The notes beneath the pieces were generated by a model that made no database searches, was not told the DNA's origin, and saw only the letters and a program-made list of their open reading frames with translations. Below, one piece after another: positions 36,654-46,959 of a DNA stretch of 64,000 nucleotides (position 1 is the first letter of the stretch; each line of letters starts with the position of its first letter). The stretch comes from an uncultured Saprospiraceae bacterium (GTDB lineage: Bacteria > Bacteroidota > Bacteroidia > Chitinophagales > Saprospiraceae): the NCBI GenBank assembly GCA_937928405.1, contig CALFWZ010000143.1:3208-67207 (forward strand), written 5' to 3'. The translations under genes were made by a program, and so were the position numbers.

Positions 36654-37529
36654 ATGATTCATAAGCAACGCAATATGTATTCACTAATAAAAAGTATGAC
36701 TAGATTATTTTTACTATTAGCGATTTCTATCATTCTTCCCCTCTCGGGAATAATGGCACACGGATTTGGAATTACTCCAAATGAAGGTGATCCAATCGTT
36801 AAAAGTAAAAAATCTGTTAATGAAGTTCCGATGCGCCTAACGCGTAAATTCAAACGGGACGCAGCTCGACTAGCGCTTCGACTCGAAGCAAGCAAAGAAG
36901 ACCTGAGATACCAAAATATTGTTATTCCAAAATCTAACGTGGAAAACATTTATGAAATTCTGACCAACATTTATGTAAAAAATGAAACGGCGCAGTCTAT
37001 TTCTAAGTGTAATGTTCATACTTTTCCAAATCCTTCCATTGATCACCTTGTAATTATTTTCGATCGAGAAATTGAATGGGCCGAACCACTACTGGATGGC
37101 ATTAGCGAGACTGATAGTGATGAATTCAACGCTTTATTGGAAGATTATGACCTTATTATCGATAAGCATGTTCAGTGGGATGACGAAAATGACGCCATTA
37201 CTTTACGCTCTCGAGAGCCGTTAAATATGTCAGCACTTGCCAACGAATTTTATAATATTGAAGGCGTAAAATCCATCGATCTTGGAATTCCAAAAATTGG
37301 TGGTAATGATATCAATATCCAAAGAATTGACGAAGGCTGGGAAGTTCAATACATCCTGCGTTTTGGTTCTTATATTAGCGGAAAAGGGAAAGTACATATC
37401 TGGACTTATAATGCCATGGATGATGGTAATGTCCATTTTGTAAACGAAAGTGGTGATCCAGTTCCAGAATGGATGCGGTGTCACTTTAGACCCGTTCCAT
37501 TGGCACAATCCAATATTTTTAACGGATAA
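36654..37529 (+). CDS. Hypothetical secreted protein
   Basis: 291-aa ORF whose signal-like segment is MTRLFLLLAISIILPLSGIMA. An alternative ATG at 36675 is possible. I recognise no family. Confidence 0.4.
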   Translation: MIHKQRNMYSLIKSMTRLFLLLAISIILPLSGIMAHGFGITPNEGDPIVKSKKSVNEVPMRLTRKFKRDAARLALRLEASKEDLRYQNIVIPKSNVENIYEILTNIYVKNETAQSISKCNVHTFPNPSIDHLVIIFDREIEWAEPLLDGISETDSDEFNALLEDYDLIIDKHVQWDDENDAITLRSREPLNMSALANEFYNIEGVKSIDLGIPKIGGNDINIQRIDEGWEVQYILRFGSYISGKGKVHIWTYNAMDDGNVHFVNESGDPVPEWMRCHFRPVPLAQSNIFNG

Positions 37530-37553
37530 TCACCTATCAAAAAAACTACAAAG

Positions 37554-37589
37554 GCGTTTGTAATCTAAGATGGATTACAAACGCTTTTT
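37554..37589 (+). terminator. Rho-independent terminator
   Basis: GCGTTTGTAATC-taagatg-GATTACAAACGC followed by TTTTT, 25 nt after the stop at 37529. Confidence 0.8.
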
Positions 37590-37658
37590 CATTTTAGGTG
37601 TCTATCCTGATAATTTAAGTAGAATTATTTAACTTACCGAAAATTCAAAATTTTATAA

Positions 37659-38318
37659 TTGGAACACTATAAAGATACCTATCAATACCAAGGCCTACGA
37701 AAAAAATTAGTCAAAGAACTAAAACACAAAGGCATCAAGAGTGCATCCGTCTTGCAAGCTTTTGAAAAGATACCACGCCATTTTTTTTTTGAGAAAGCTT
37801 TTGCAGAATGGGCTTATCAGGACAAAGCTTTTCCGATTGGTAAAGGGCAGACCATCTCTCAACCCTTTACGGTAGCTTTTCAAACTGAACTACTGGACAT
37901 AAAAAAACGAGAATCCGTGATGGAAATTGGGACTGGGTCAGGATTTCAAGCGGCAGTACTTGCGACGTTAGGTGCCCGAGTTTACACGATTGAACGTCAC
38001 GAAACCTTGCATATTACCGCTAAACAACGGCTCAAAAAAATGGGCTATGCCGGTATCCGTTTTTACTTTAAAGATGGTTATAAAGGCTTACCGGAATTTG
38101 CTCCATTTGATAAAATACTGGTAACGGCCGCTGCTCCAATAGTTCCACAGGCACTTAAAACACAATTAAAAACGGGTGGAAAGCTGATCATTCCCGTTGG
38201 AGATGAGAAAGGACAAAAAATGCTGTTGATCACTCGATTGGACCAACAGCATTTTGAGGAAAAAGAAGTAGGAGACTTTAAATTTGTTCCTTTTCTTAAG
38301 GGAATTTCGCGTAAATAA
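37659..38318 (+). CDS. pcm: Protein-L-isoaspartate O-methyltransferase
   Basis: Blocks PRHFF, ISQPFTVA and VMEIGTGSGFQAAVLA; TTG start. Confidence 0.9.
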   Translation: MEHYKDTYQYQGLRKKLVKELKHKGIKSASVLQAFEKIPRHFFFEKAFAEWAYQDKAFPIGKGQTISQPFTVAFQTELLDIKKRESVMEIGTGSGFQAAVLATLGARVYTIERHETLHITAKQRLKKMGYAGIRFYFKDGYKGLPEFAPFDKILVTAAAPIVPQALKTQLKTGGKLIIPVGDEKGQKMLLITRLDQQHFEEKEVGDFKFVPFLKGISRK

Positions 38319-38336
38319 GGATCGATTAAAACATAT

Positions 38337-38879
38337 TTAATCAATCTTTCTCCCTTTGGCAGTTCTGGTTTTTATAGACGTCTTCCTGACTTTTTTCAGA
38401 TCAACCATGAGCGCAGCATATGCACTAGAAGAAGGTGTATAAAAGGGTTTGCCATCATACGTAACGGTCCCTCGGTTTCGCTTCCACTCAGAAGCGAGCA
38501 ATATATAACGATTTCCTGCTTTGGGATTCGGTCCAAACATCAAAAAACGGTCGTCACTCGTCTCAAAACTAACCGCAAAACGCTTTTCTTTAGGCATAAA
38601 AACAAGTACGCCAGGTGTTTTTTTCCGAATGACTATTTCTTCCACTTTTCGTCCATCTACCATCTTTATTTCTCCTCCCTCAATCCTAGAATTTCCTGTC
38701 GAAGCTTCTCGACGTAAGATAACATCGTCGGAAAGATAAAATTGTACTTGTTTTAACTCATCTTCGGTCCAATTATTGCTATCATATAACTGTTGAGTAA
38801 ACGGTGAAAGCCGAGGACTACAACCAGCCACGACAAATAAACTACCAAGCAGAAAGATTAAATATTTTATTTCCTTCAT
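38337..38879 (-). CDS. Hypothetical lipoprotein
   Basis: 180 aa with the lipobox LFVVAGCS. I recognise no family. Confidence 0.45.
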   Translation of the reverse strand: MKEIKYLIFLLGSLFVVAGCSPRLSPFTQQLYDSNNWTEDELKQVQFYLSDDVILRREASTGNSRIEGGEIKMVDGRKVEEIVIRKKTPGVLVFMPKEKRFAVSFETSDDRFLMFGPNPKAGNRYILLASEWKRNRGTVTYDGKPFYTPSSSAYAALMVDLKKVRKTSIKTRTAKGRKID

Positions 38880-39042
38880 GATTTATAATGGGTTTTGAAG
38901 TGAAAATTTGTTATTCTTTAACAGAGAACGAAATATAAAGATCTTTTCACTTCTACGCGCCACTCTTTAACGATACCTTAACGTACAATATTTGTTCGCT
39001 AGGGTTGGTAGAAATTACACAGAATCACCAAATTAATTCACC

Positions 39043-39747
39043 ATGATGAGAAAACACTTTATGCCATCAAAGGTATTATTAAAATCTATTTTTTCCACAC
39101 TTTCATTTATTCTTTTGACAGTACACTCCAAGGCAGAGGTTACGTATGCTTTACCACTTTCGGGAGCCGAATTACAAATCGGAAATATGCTCGAATGGTC
39201 TACTGCTCTAGAGTTAAATAGCGAAAGATTTGTTGTGCAACGATCCTTAGATGGAATCAGCTACGAAGATATTGGTCGAGTGGATGCAGCCGGTCTCTCC
39301 AATGAAGAAAAGCCATATCATTTTATGGATATTGGAATCAACGACCCAAAAGCTTACTATCGACTGAAACAAATTGATGACGACGGAACGACTAGCTACT
39401 CACAAACAGCCCTCGTTCATAAAAAAATGGAAAACAAATTTATGGTCATGTCCATGAGCAGTCCTGAAACAGTCAAAAAATTTGAAGTCGCTATTGATTT
39501 TGCCGAAGAAGGTGTTATTGAGTATCAACTCTGCTCATTGAGTGGTGACAGAATTAAAGAGGTAGAACAATCTGTCAGTCCCGGCTTGAATAGCTTATTT
39601 TTTGACTTAGAAAATGAGCACGAAGGTATTTATAAAATACACATCAAAATGGGCGATGAAGAAGAGTCTCTTATTATCAGAAAAGTTTTGGACGAACTAA
39701 AAAGCAAACCAAATGTTGCTAGTAAAAATGGCGAGATAGGCGGATAA
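39043..39747 (+). CDS. Hypothetical secreted protein
   Basis: Has a signal peptide. The module LEWSTALELNSERFVVQRSLDG...YYRLKQIDDDGTTSYS is also present in the PL7 protein as LRWRTASETNNKGFKIERA...YYRLQQIDMDGRSEFS. Confidence 0.45.
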   Translation: MMRKHFMPSKVLLKSIFSTLSFILLTVHSKAEVTYALPLSGAELQIGNMLEWSTALELNSERFVVQRSLDGISYEDIGRVDAAGLSNEEKPYHFMDIGINDPKAYYRLKQIDDDGTTSYSQTALVHKKMENKFMVMSMSSPETVKKFEVAIDFAEEGVIEYQLCSLSGDRIKEVEQSVSPGLNSLFFDLENEHEGIYKIHIKMGDEEESLIIRKVLDELKSKPNVASKNGEIGG

Positions 39748-39773
39748 TCCCCCGTCTATTTTTCAGTCATTAA

Positions 39774-39807
39774 AGCTCCGGAAGTTACAACTCCCGGGGC
39801 TTTTTTT
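39774..39807 (+). terminator. Rho-independent terminator
   Basis: AGCTCCGG-aagttacaactc-CCGGGGCT followed by 7 T. Confidence 0.7.
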
Positions 39808-39839
39808 AGGCTTAGTGCTTAAATAGAGGGCGGCAAGGG

Positions 39840-40886
39840 TTAATTTAGTACATATGAGATTCCTGCCACGATTAGTGCCAAGATCAATATGAGATTTAGA
39901 ATAAGAAAGAAAAATGAATATAAGATGTTCAATATATACGTGAAATAATATTTTATACTGATTTTTTTAATTGTTGATTTTAAAATTGGTTTAAATAAAA
40001 AAAACATTTGAGAACGATCTCCTGTTTTTAGAAAGGTCAACTGACCTAACTTGTTTAATATTCTAATGAAAAATGGAAGTTTATTTATTTGGAAATTCCA
40101 ATCTCTATCGAAAGTAATAAAGCTATACTTATGCTTTATTTCATCATAGTCAGGTATTTTTTTTGGAAATAAACTCTTAGTTAATTCAATAAATTTTAAA
40201 TAATGTTCTTTATCTATTTTCTTATCGGCGAATTTTACATAAAATAAAACAAATTTTTCAGGCTGATTTAATTTTATTGATTGTTCAACCTCCCAAATCA
40301 AGCCTTTTGAATTACCTAAACTTAAAATAATAAGACTAGTCTTTTCTGCTAATTGAACTACTCTTTCTTGCCAATCTCCTCCTTCTTCAATATAAATTCT
40401 AGAAGCACCAATCTTTTGAAATACTTCATTAGGCGCTCCAATTGCAACAGTAGGCCCAATGTATGTTTTCAGAAAATTAACTAAGATATCCTCCCATTCA
40501 TTATAGGAATCAATTTGTTCATCTATTTTGAATGATCTTAAATATAAACAAAAATTATTCTCTAAGTTTTCTAATAAGAACTCACCATCTTTGCTAATTA
40601 ATTTTCTTCCTATAAGACAAAACTGACCAAATACACCACTTATCAAAAATAAAATGATAAAATAAATTATACATAAAAGACCACCAAAAATATTTGACTT
40701 TGGAATTTGGTAAATTATTTTGAAGGATTCCTCAAAATAAAGAAGGAAAAAAAATAAATATATAAATGAAATTATAATAAGAGTATAGCCAACTAATTTA
40801 TTTTTAATTGGCTTTTCGTTCTTTCTATTCGTCAGAGAAAACAAATGAATAATAGAATTTTCAATATCAAATAAATTGAACTTCAT
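39840..40886 (-). CDS. AT-rich island gene: multi-TM protein with cytoplasmic alpha/beta (TIR/flavodoxin-like) core
   Basis: 348 aa with two N-terminal TM helices and one C-terminal TM helix. The core motifs are CLYLRSFKIDEQ, GPTVAIGAP and SLIILSLGNSKGLIWEVEQ. Codon usage and GC are visibly lower than in the neighbours. Confidence 0.4.
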   Translation of the reverse strand: MKFNLFDIENSIIHLFSLTNRKNEKPIKNKLVGYTLIIISFIYLFFFLLYFEESFKIIYQIPKSNIFGGLLCIIYFIILFLISGVFGQFCLIGRKLISKDGEFLLENLENNFCLYLRSFKIDEQIDSYNEWEDILVNFLKTYIGPTVAIGAPNEVFQKIGASRIYIEEGGDWQERVVQLAEKTSLIILSLGNSKGLIWEVEQSIKLNQPEKFVLFYVKFADKKIDKEHYLKFIELTKSLFPKKIPDYDEIKHKYSFITFDRDWNFQINKLPFFIRILNKLGQLTFLKTGDRSQMFFLFKPILKSTIKKISIKYYFTYILNILYSFFFLILNLILILALIVAGISYVLN

Positions 40887-41088
40887 TTATTGAATTTGTT
40901 TTTTTTCATTGTGCAGAAAGTGTAGTTGCTCACCACAGTAGTCAGAGGTCTCGTCTCGTTAGGTCAGAGAGTTCGCCACTTCTAGCTTTTGATAGGTAGC
41001 ATTTGTTGTCTGTTAGTGTGTTAATTAAAACAACACTTTATTGATGACTACTCCCTAAACATATCTCCTCCTCTACTCTAAATACGCT

Positions 41089-41541
41089 TCAAGCCATTTT
41101 TCTACGATCCTGAAAAAATTTAGTCATTAATGTTTTTGATTCCTCCATCATAATACCAAATTCTACTTTCGTTTTTGGATGTAACATCCGTTTACCAAAT
41201 TGCATAAAGCCCCTTTTATCATCGCTTGCCCCGTACACCAATCGATCCAATTGCGCCCACGCCAATGCACCCGCACACATCGCACAAGGTTCTAGGGTTA
41301 CGTAAAGTGTACAATCTTCTAGGTATTTATTGCCCAAATGAGTGGCCGCTGCTGTCAACGCAATAATTTCTGCGTGAGCGGTCACATCCGTGAGTTGCTC
41401 TGTATTATTATGAGCCCGAGCAATGATCCGCTCGTTGCTCACTACCACAGCACCAACAGGTATCTCTCCCAATTCATAAGCTTTCTCTGCCTCCAACAGC
41501 GCTTGGCGCATGAAATAATGATCATCAAATACTTTTATCAT
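41089..41541 (-). CDS. tadA: tRNA adenosine(34) deaminase
   Basis: CDA zinc motifs HAEIIAL and PCAMCAGAL; 150 aa. Confidence 0.9.
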   Translation of the reverse strand: MIKVFDDHYFMRQALLEAEKAYELGEIPVGAVVVSNERIIARAHNNTEQLTDVTAHAEIIALTAAATHLGNKYLEDCTLYVTLEPCAMCAGALAWAQLDRLVYGASDDKRGFMQFGKRMLHPKTKVEFGIMMEESKTLMTKFFQDRRKMA

Positions 41542-41712
41542 TTCTCTATAGATTAATTATAATATTCAGAATATTCCTTTTTCTAGCTTTACAAGTGATA
41601 TTTTTCAATAGGCTTTCCATAAAAAAACCGTTTTTTTTGTCAAAAAATCAACTTCTTTTTAAAAAACTACTTCAAAAGTAGTTTTTCTTTTTTCAATAAA
41701 ATATCTTTGCGC

Positions 41713-43206
41713 ATGGAAACCATAAAAATACCGCTAACGCAAAGCTCTCAACAAAAGTTTTTGGGAGAAGCTCTTACATACGACGACGTTCTACTCGTAC
41801 CTGCTTATTCTGAAGTCCTTCCTCGTGAAGTTGATATCAGTACGCAACTTACCCGCAATATTCGACTTAATGTTCCTATCGTCTCCGCAGCAATGGATAC
41901 GGTCACCGATGCCCGGCTAGCTATTGCTATCGCCCGACAAGGAGGAATTGGAATTGTCCATAAAAATATGTCGATCGCCGAACAGGCAGCACAAGTTCGT
42001 AAAGTAAAGCGTTCTGAAAGTGGAATGATCATCGATCCGGTCACACTCCGAGGTGATGCCTTGATAGGTGATGCCCTCAAATTAATGCGTCAACACAAAA
42101 TTGGTGGAATTCCCATCGTAGATGATAAAAACCAACTTATCGGGATTCTAACTAACCGAGATCTACGTTTCGAGACGCGAATCAACCGTCCCGTAACCGA
42201 AGTAATGACCAAACTCAACATGATTACCGCTCCAGTTGGGACCACTTTAGAACAGGCTAGAACTATTTTACAACAGCATAAGATTGAAAAGCTCCCGGTT
42301 GTGGATAAAAACCAAAAATTAGCTGGCTTAATTACTTATCGGGATATCATGAAAGTAGAAGATTATCCCATTTCTTGTAAGGATTCTTTTGGTCGTCTTG
42401 TCGTAGGAGCAGCAGTCGGAGTTACCCGAGATATGCTCGAACGAGTGGAAGCATTGCAGAATATGGCCGTAGATGTGATCTGTGTTGATACCGCTCATGG
42501 ACATTCCCGAGGCGTACTGGATGCCATTCGCAATGTCAAAAAGAACTTTCCAGATCTAGATGTAATTGGCGGAAATGTAGCAACTGGAGCGGGAGCCAAA
42601 GCATTGGTAGAGGCAGGAGCGGACGGTGTCAAAGTAGGCGTTGGTCCCGGTAGTATTTGTACCACTCGGGTTATTGCAGGTGTTGGTATGCCCCAGTTAT
42701 CGGCCATTCATGAAGCTAGTAAGGCCATTGAAGGCAGCGGCGTGCCCATCGTAGGAGATGGTGGTATTCGCTATACTGGCGATATTGCTAAAGCAGTAGT
42801 AGCCGGAGCTAGTACCATTATGGCTGGATCATTGTTTGCCGGTGTGGAAGAGGCGCCTGGTGAAACCATTATTTATGATGGTAGAAAATTTAAAATTTAC
42901 CGAGGTATGGGATCCTTAGGAGCAATGGAAATGGGTTCTAAAGATCGTTATTTTCAGGATGTAGAAGATGATATTAAAAAACTGGTACCGGAAGGTATAG
43001 AAGGCCGAGTCCCTTACAAAGGAACACTAGCGGAGGTCATGGTACAATATATTGGTGGCTTAAGAGCTGGAATGGGATATTGCGGAGCCGCTAACATCGA
43101 AGAGATGAAAAAAGCAAGTTTTGTAAAAATAACTTCTGCTGGTTACGCCGAAAGTCATCCTCATAATATTACCATCACTAAAGAAGCTCCTAATTATTCC
43201 AGATAA
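41713..43206 (+). CDS. guaB: IMP dehydrogenase
   Basis: Block [11 protein letters not shown], a CBS pair, the catalytic loop [11 protein letters not shown] and the block GSLGAM. I prefer the ATG at 41713. Confidence 0.95.
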   Translation: METIKIPLTQSSQQKFLGEALTYDDVLLVPAYSEVLPREVDISTQLTRNIRLNVPIVSAAMDTVTDARLAIAIARQGGIGIVHKNMSIAEQAAQVRKVKRSESGMIIDPVTLRGDALIGDALKLMRQHKIGGIPIVDDKNQLIGILTNRDLRFETRINRPVTEVMTKLNMITAPVGTTLEQARTILQQHKIEKLPVVDKNQKLAGLITYRDIMKVEDYPISCKDSFGRLVVGAAVGVTRDMLERVEALQNMAVDVICVDTAHGHSRGVLDAIRNVKKNFPDLDVIGGNVATGAGAKALVEAGADGVKVGVGPGSICTTRVIAGVGMPQLSAIHEASKAIEGSGVPIVGDGGIRYTGDIAKAVVAGASTIMAGSLFAGVEEAPGETIIYDGRKFKIYRGMGSLGAMEMGSKDRYFQDVEDDIKKLVPEGIEGRVPYKGTLAEVMVQYIGGLRAGMGYCGAANIEEMKKASFVKITSAGYAESHPHNITITKEAPNYSR

Positions 43207-43219
43207 AAAACATAAACGG

Positions 43220-43792
43220 TTGTCTCGTTCTTTTTTTATTAACGAGGACGTAGTAGCACTAAGTCGACAACTATTGGGTAAATATCTGGCGACCAATATT
43301 GATGGAGCATATACGGCTGGAAAAATTATTGAAACGGAAGCTTACCGCGCCGACGGTGACAAAGCCTGCCACGCATATAATAACCGACGGACCAAACGAA
43401 CAGAGGTGATGTTTTGGCAAGGAGGTACCGCTTATGTTTATCTTTGTTATGGTATCCATCATCTATTCAACATTGTCACAGGACCAAAAGAAAATGCGCA
43501 GGCAGTATTGATTCGTGCGATTACACCATCCAATAATCTTGCGCTCATGTTGAAACGGCGTAATTTTACTATCCATAAACCACAATTAACTAGAGGGCCC
43601 GGCGTTCTATCTAAGGCTCTGGGTATTCACAAAATCCACACAGGAATGGATCTTTGCCAACCCGATAGCAAAATTTGGGTAGAAGATCGAGGCATCATCA
43701 TCAAACCAGAAGAAATCACTGCCAGCCCTCGGGTTGGGATCGATTACGCAGAAGAATGTGTGGATTGGCCATGGAGATTTAGGATTTTGTAA
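43220..43792 (+). CDS. mpg: DNA-3-methyladenine glycosylase (AAG/Mpg family)
   Basis: Blocks ETEAY, YLCYGIHHLFNIV and GPGVLSKALGI; TTG start. Confidence 0.85.
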   Translation: MSRSFFINEDVVALSRQLLGKYLATNIDGAYTAGKIIETEAYRADGDKACHAYNNRRTKRTEVMFWQGGTAYVYLCYGIHHLFNIVTGPKENAQAVLIRAITPSNNLALMLKRRNFTIHKPQLTRGPGVLSKALGIHKIHTGMDLCQPDSKIWVEDRGIIIKPEEITASPRVGIDYAEECVDWPWRFRIL

Positions 43793-43833
43793 TCAACTTC
43801 TCTTATATTTTTTGAATTTGTAAATCCAATTTA

Positions 43834-45147
43834 ATGGGAATATTAAAATACGGATCAGTTATTTTTTTCTTTTTTAGCTTCCTAGTCCTTAGTCAGGCGC
43901 AGGATGAAGAAATAGAATTTACGGATAAGACTTACGTAGATTATATCCATACCGTACAACTGACCCCATCAAATACGCATAAAGATCCCATCATAAAACT
44001 TAATTCGGGGGAATCCTTTCTCTTTTCATTTGATGATTTCAGTGAAGAAACTCGAAGCTATGTTTATACTATCCAACATTGTAACGCAGATTGGACTCCT
44101 TCAGATTTAAGTGAATTAAACTATACAGATGGATTAACGGAAGGAGACATTGAAGAATACGATTTTTCACTAAATACACTCACCCCTTACACCCGTCATT
44201 CTCTCGTCTTGCCAAACGAGGAAGTACGCTGGACACTATCAGGCAACTATATTTTAAAAGTTTATGATATTGAGGATGAACGTAAATTGGTGATTACACG
44301 GCGTTTTATGATTTACGAAGAGACCCAAGTTTTTGTTGAACTTAATTTTGTTTCTTCTACTGAAAATTTCAATACACATCAAGAAGTTAATTTTGAGTTA
44401 TCCTATAATAATTTAAGAGTTGATAATCCAGAACGTGAGATTACAGTTATACTCCGACAAAACCAACGTTGGGATAATGCTATTTATGCCAATAGACCAC
44501 GCTCAGAGGGAAAGCAAGTACTAAAATATAATTCACGAGGAAAATTCAGTTTTGGTGGAGGAAAAGAATTTCGTTATGTAGACTTAAGATCCGTAGAGCA
44601 ACGGCGTCATAATGTATCCCAAATCATTGAAAGAACAGATACTTACGACGTAACCCTTTATTCGGATGAAATGCGCTCTAATAAGTCTTTTTTACGCCAA
44701 CCAGATATGAATGGAAGATTTGTCATAGAAAATTCCGATCAAGCTAATAGAGATGCCAATATCCGATCAGACTACGCAGATGTATTATTTTCACTTAACG
44801 TCAATCAAGAGATAGAAAATTACGATGTATATCTAAGTGGGGAATTTAGTAATTGGCAACCCGACCCTCGTTATAAAATGGTTTATAATGATGTTATTCA
44901 TGCCTATTTAGTCAAACCGAAATTGAAACAAGGTGTATATGACTATATGTATACCGTTGTTCCTAAAACAGGTAGTACAAAAATGGATTTAACTGAATTG
45001 GAAGGACACTGGTACGAAACAGAAAATGATTATACCATTTTGTCCTATTACCATCCCTTCGGCGCGCGCTATCACCGTTTGGTTGGGTACCATGTGTATA
45101 ATACCATTGATCAAAATCGAATTAACAATCGAGCCAGTAACCGTTAA
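43834..45147 (+). CDS. DUF5103-type protein (T9SS plug protein family) with C-terminal AMPK-CBM-like module
   Basis: Signal peptide and blocks IHTVQL, LFSFDDF, YVYTIQHCNADWTPSDL and SGNYILKVY. The C-terminus reads GEFSNWQP...LKQGVYDYMY. Confidence 0.55.
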   Translation: MGILKYGSVIFFFFSFLVLSQAQDEEIEFTDKTYVDYIHTVQLTPSNTHKDPIIKLNSGESFLFSFDDFSEETRSYVYTIQHCNADWTPSDLSELNYTDGLTEGDIEEYDFSLNTLTPYTRHSLVLPNEEVRWTLSGNYILKVYDIEDERKLVITRRFMIYEETQVFVELNFVSSTENFNTHQEVNFELSYNNLRVDNPEREITVILRQNQRWDNAIYANRPRSEGKQVLKYNSRGKFSFGGGKEFRYVDLRSVEQRRHNVSQIIERTDTYDVTLYSDEMRSNKSFLRQPDMNGRFVIENSDQANRDANIRSDYADVLFSLNVNQEIENYDVYLSGEFSNWQPDPRYKMVYNDVIHAYLVKPKLKQGVYDYMYTVVPKTGSTKMDLTELEGHWYETENDYTILSYYHPFGARYHRLVGYHVYNTIDQNRINNRASNR

Positions 45148-45424
45148 ATTTATCTATTCATGATCCAAAATTGACTAAGTCAATATTCGATATTCCCTAT
45201 TGCTACTACTGATTCGAATTATTCCTATATTTGGTATATCTGATCCCTTATTTATTTTATTTTTACGATCCTGATCGCTATTTTGGGCCTTTTAGTCCTA
45301 AATTAGCCCCCTTTGATATAAATTATTGGGGAAGTTCTTTAAGAATGGGGTACTTAGCAACGAAATGCTATTTTGCATAAGCAACCATTTTTAATAAATG
45401 CTAGTCATTAAGGGTGACAAAAAA

Positions 45425-45432
45425 TATTTTTG
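45425..45432 (+). promoter_or_regulatory. Candidate -7 promoter box (TATTTTTG)
   Basis: TAnnTTTG match 26 nt upstream of the TolC-family ATG. Confidence 0.4.
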
Positions 45433-45457
45433 CAATAGCTTCTAAAACCAATTCCTT

Positions 45458-46906
45458 ATGTTTTTAAAACGATTTACGACCTTAGCCATTTGTTTATTCT
45501 TCCTTCAGTTCAGTTATGGACAGAAAACTTGGTCTCTGACCCAATGTATTCAGTACGCTCAACAAAATAGTTTAAGCGTAAAACAAGGACAAAATCAAAT
45601 TGAACAAGCGCAGCTTTCCGAGCAAGAGGCTCGTTTTTCACGCTACCCTAGCGTTAATTCTAGTTTGAGTGGCGGTATCAACTTTGGACGAACCATTGAT
45701 CCTGTAACCAATGATTTTACCTCTGAATCAGTTATTAATAGCAGTCTTGGAATTAATGCGGGTGTTACGCTTTATAACGGTGGACGAATTCGCAATCAGA
45801 TCAAACAAAGTAAAATTGACGTAGATATTGCCAAAGCGGATAACGAACAGGTCAAAAACAATCTAGCACTCGACGTAGCCGCCGCTTATCTACAAATATT
45901 ATTAGACCAAGAGCAGCTGGTCAATGCTCAAAATCGACTGGCACAAACTCAAGCCCAACTGTCCCAAACAGATCGGCTGATTCAGGCAGGTACCCTACCA
46001 CAAGCAGACCGACTAGAAATTCTAGCGAATTTAGCTAGGGATGAACAAAGTATTGTTACCCAACAAAATGCGGTGGAGATCAGTTACCTAAATCTTAAAA
46101 ACCTTCTGCAGATCAATCCAGATGAAGATATTGAAATTGAAAAAATAAAAACACTAGAAATCCCCGTCAATGCTGACCCAGACGGTGTTGCACTGACTCA
46201 AGTCTACAATCGGGCCTTGGGCAACCAACCGTTTATCCAAGCGGATCAAGCTAGACTGAGCAGCGCTAATCTAGAGACAGAAATTGCTAAGTCTCAAGGA
46301 CTTCCAGTAGTCAGTCTTTTTGGAAATATTAATTCTTTTTACTCCAATAAAGTACCTGATTTTAACAAGGTTACCAATCCTGGAACTATCGTTACGACTG
46401 CTCCAGAAGACGTCATCATCGACGGAATGGTTAGTCAGTTACAATCGTTCCGACTACAAGGATTGACATTTGGTAAACGTGGATACTTCAATCAATTAAA
46501 TGACAACTTTGGTCAGAGTCTTGGATTAAGCGTCAGTATTCCTATTTATAATCAAGCACGAACCAGACTGTCGAAAGAACGCGCTCAGCTGAACATTCTC
46601 AATACTCAAATTACTGCACAACAAAATAAGCAGCAATTAAAAATGGATATTCAACGTGCTATTGCCAACGCCCGCGCGAATAAAAAACAGTATGAAGCTT
46701 CAGAAAAAACAGTAAAATCACTGGACCTAGCGTATATCAATACTGAAAAAAGATACAAATTAGGAGCAGTTAATACCTTCCAATATACTACTGCAAAAAA
46801 TACACTAGATCAGGCGGCTATTGATTTAATCATTGCAAAATATAATTATCTCTATTCTTTACAGATCCTTGATTTTTATCAGGGTAAACGACTAGAATTA
46901 AAATAG
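45458..46906 (+). CDS. TolC-family outer membrane efflux protein
   Basis: 482 aa with a signal peptide and two OEP repeats. The N-terminus reads WSLTQCIQYAQQNSLSVK. Confidence 0.85.
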   Translation: MFLKRFTTLAICLFFLQFSYGQKTWSLTQCIQYAQQNSLSVKQGQNQIEQAQLSEQEARFSRYPSVNSSLSGGINFGRTIDPVTNDFTSESVINSSLGINAGVTLYNGGRIRNQIKQSKIDVDIAKADNEQVKNNLALDVAAAYLQILLDQEQLVNAQNRLAQTQAQLSQTDRLIQAGTLPQADRLEILANLARDEQSIVTQQNAVEISYLNLKNLLQINPDEDIEIEKIKTLEIPVNADPDGVALTQVYNRALGNQPFIQADQARLSSANLETEIAKSQGLPVVSLFGNINSFYSNKVPDFNKVTNPGTIVTTAPEDVIIDGMVSQLQSFRLQGLTFGKRGYFNQLNDNFGQSLGLSVSIPIYNQARTRLSKERAQLNILNTQITAQQNKQQLKMDIQRAIANARANKKQYEASEKTVKSLDLAYINTEKRYKLGAVNTFQYTTAKNTLDQAAIDLIIAKYNYLYSLQILDFYQGKRLELK

Positions 46907-46959
46907 AGCAATTGATCAACTAACCAACTGACTTTATTAAAAACAAAACATCCTCCAAA

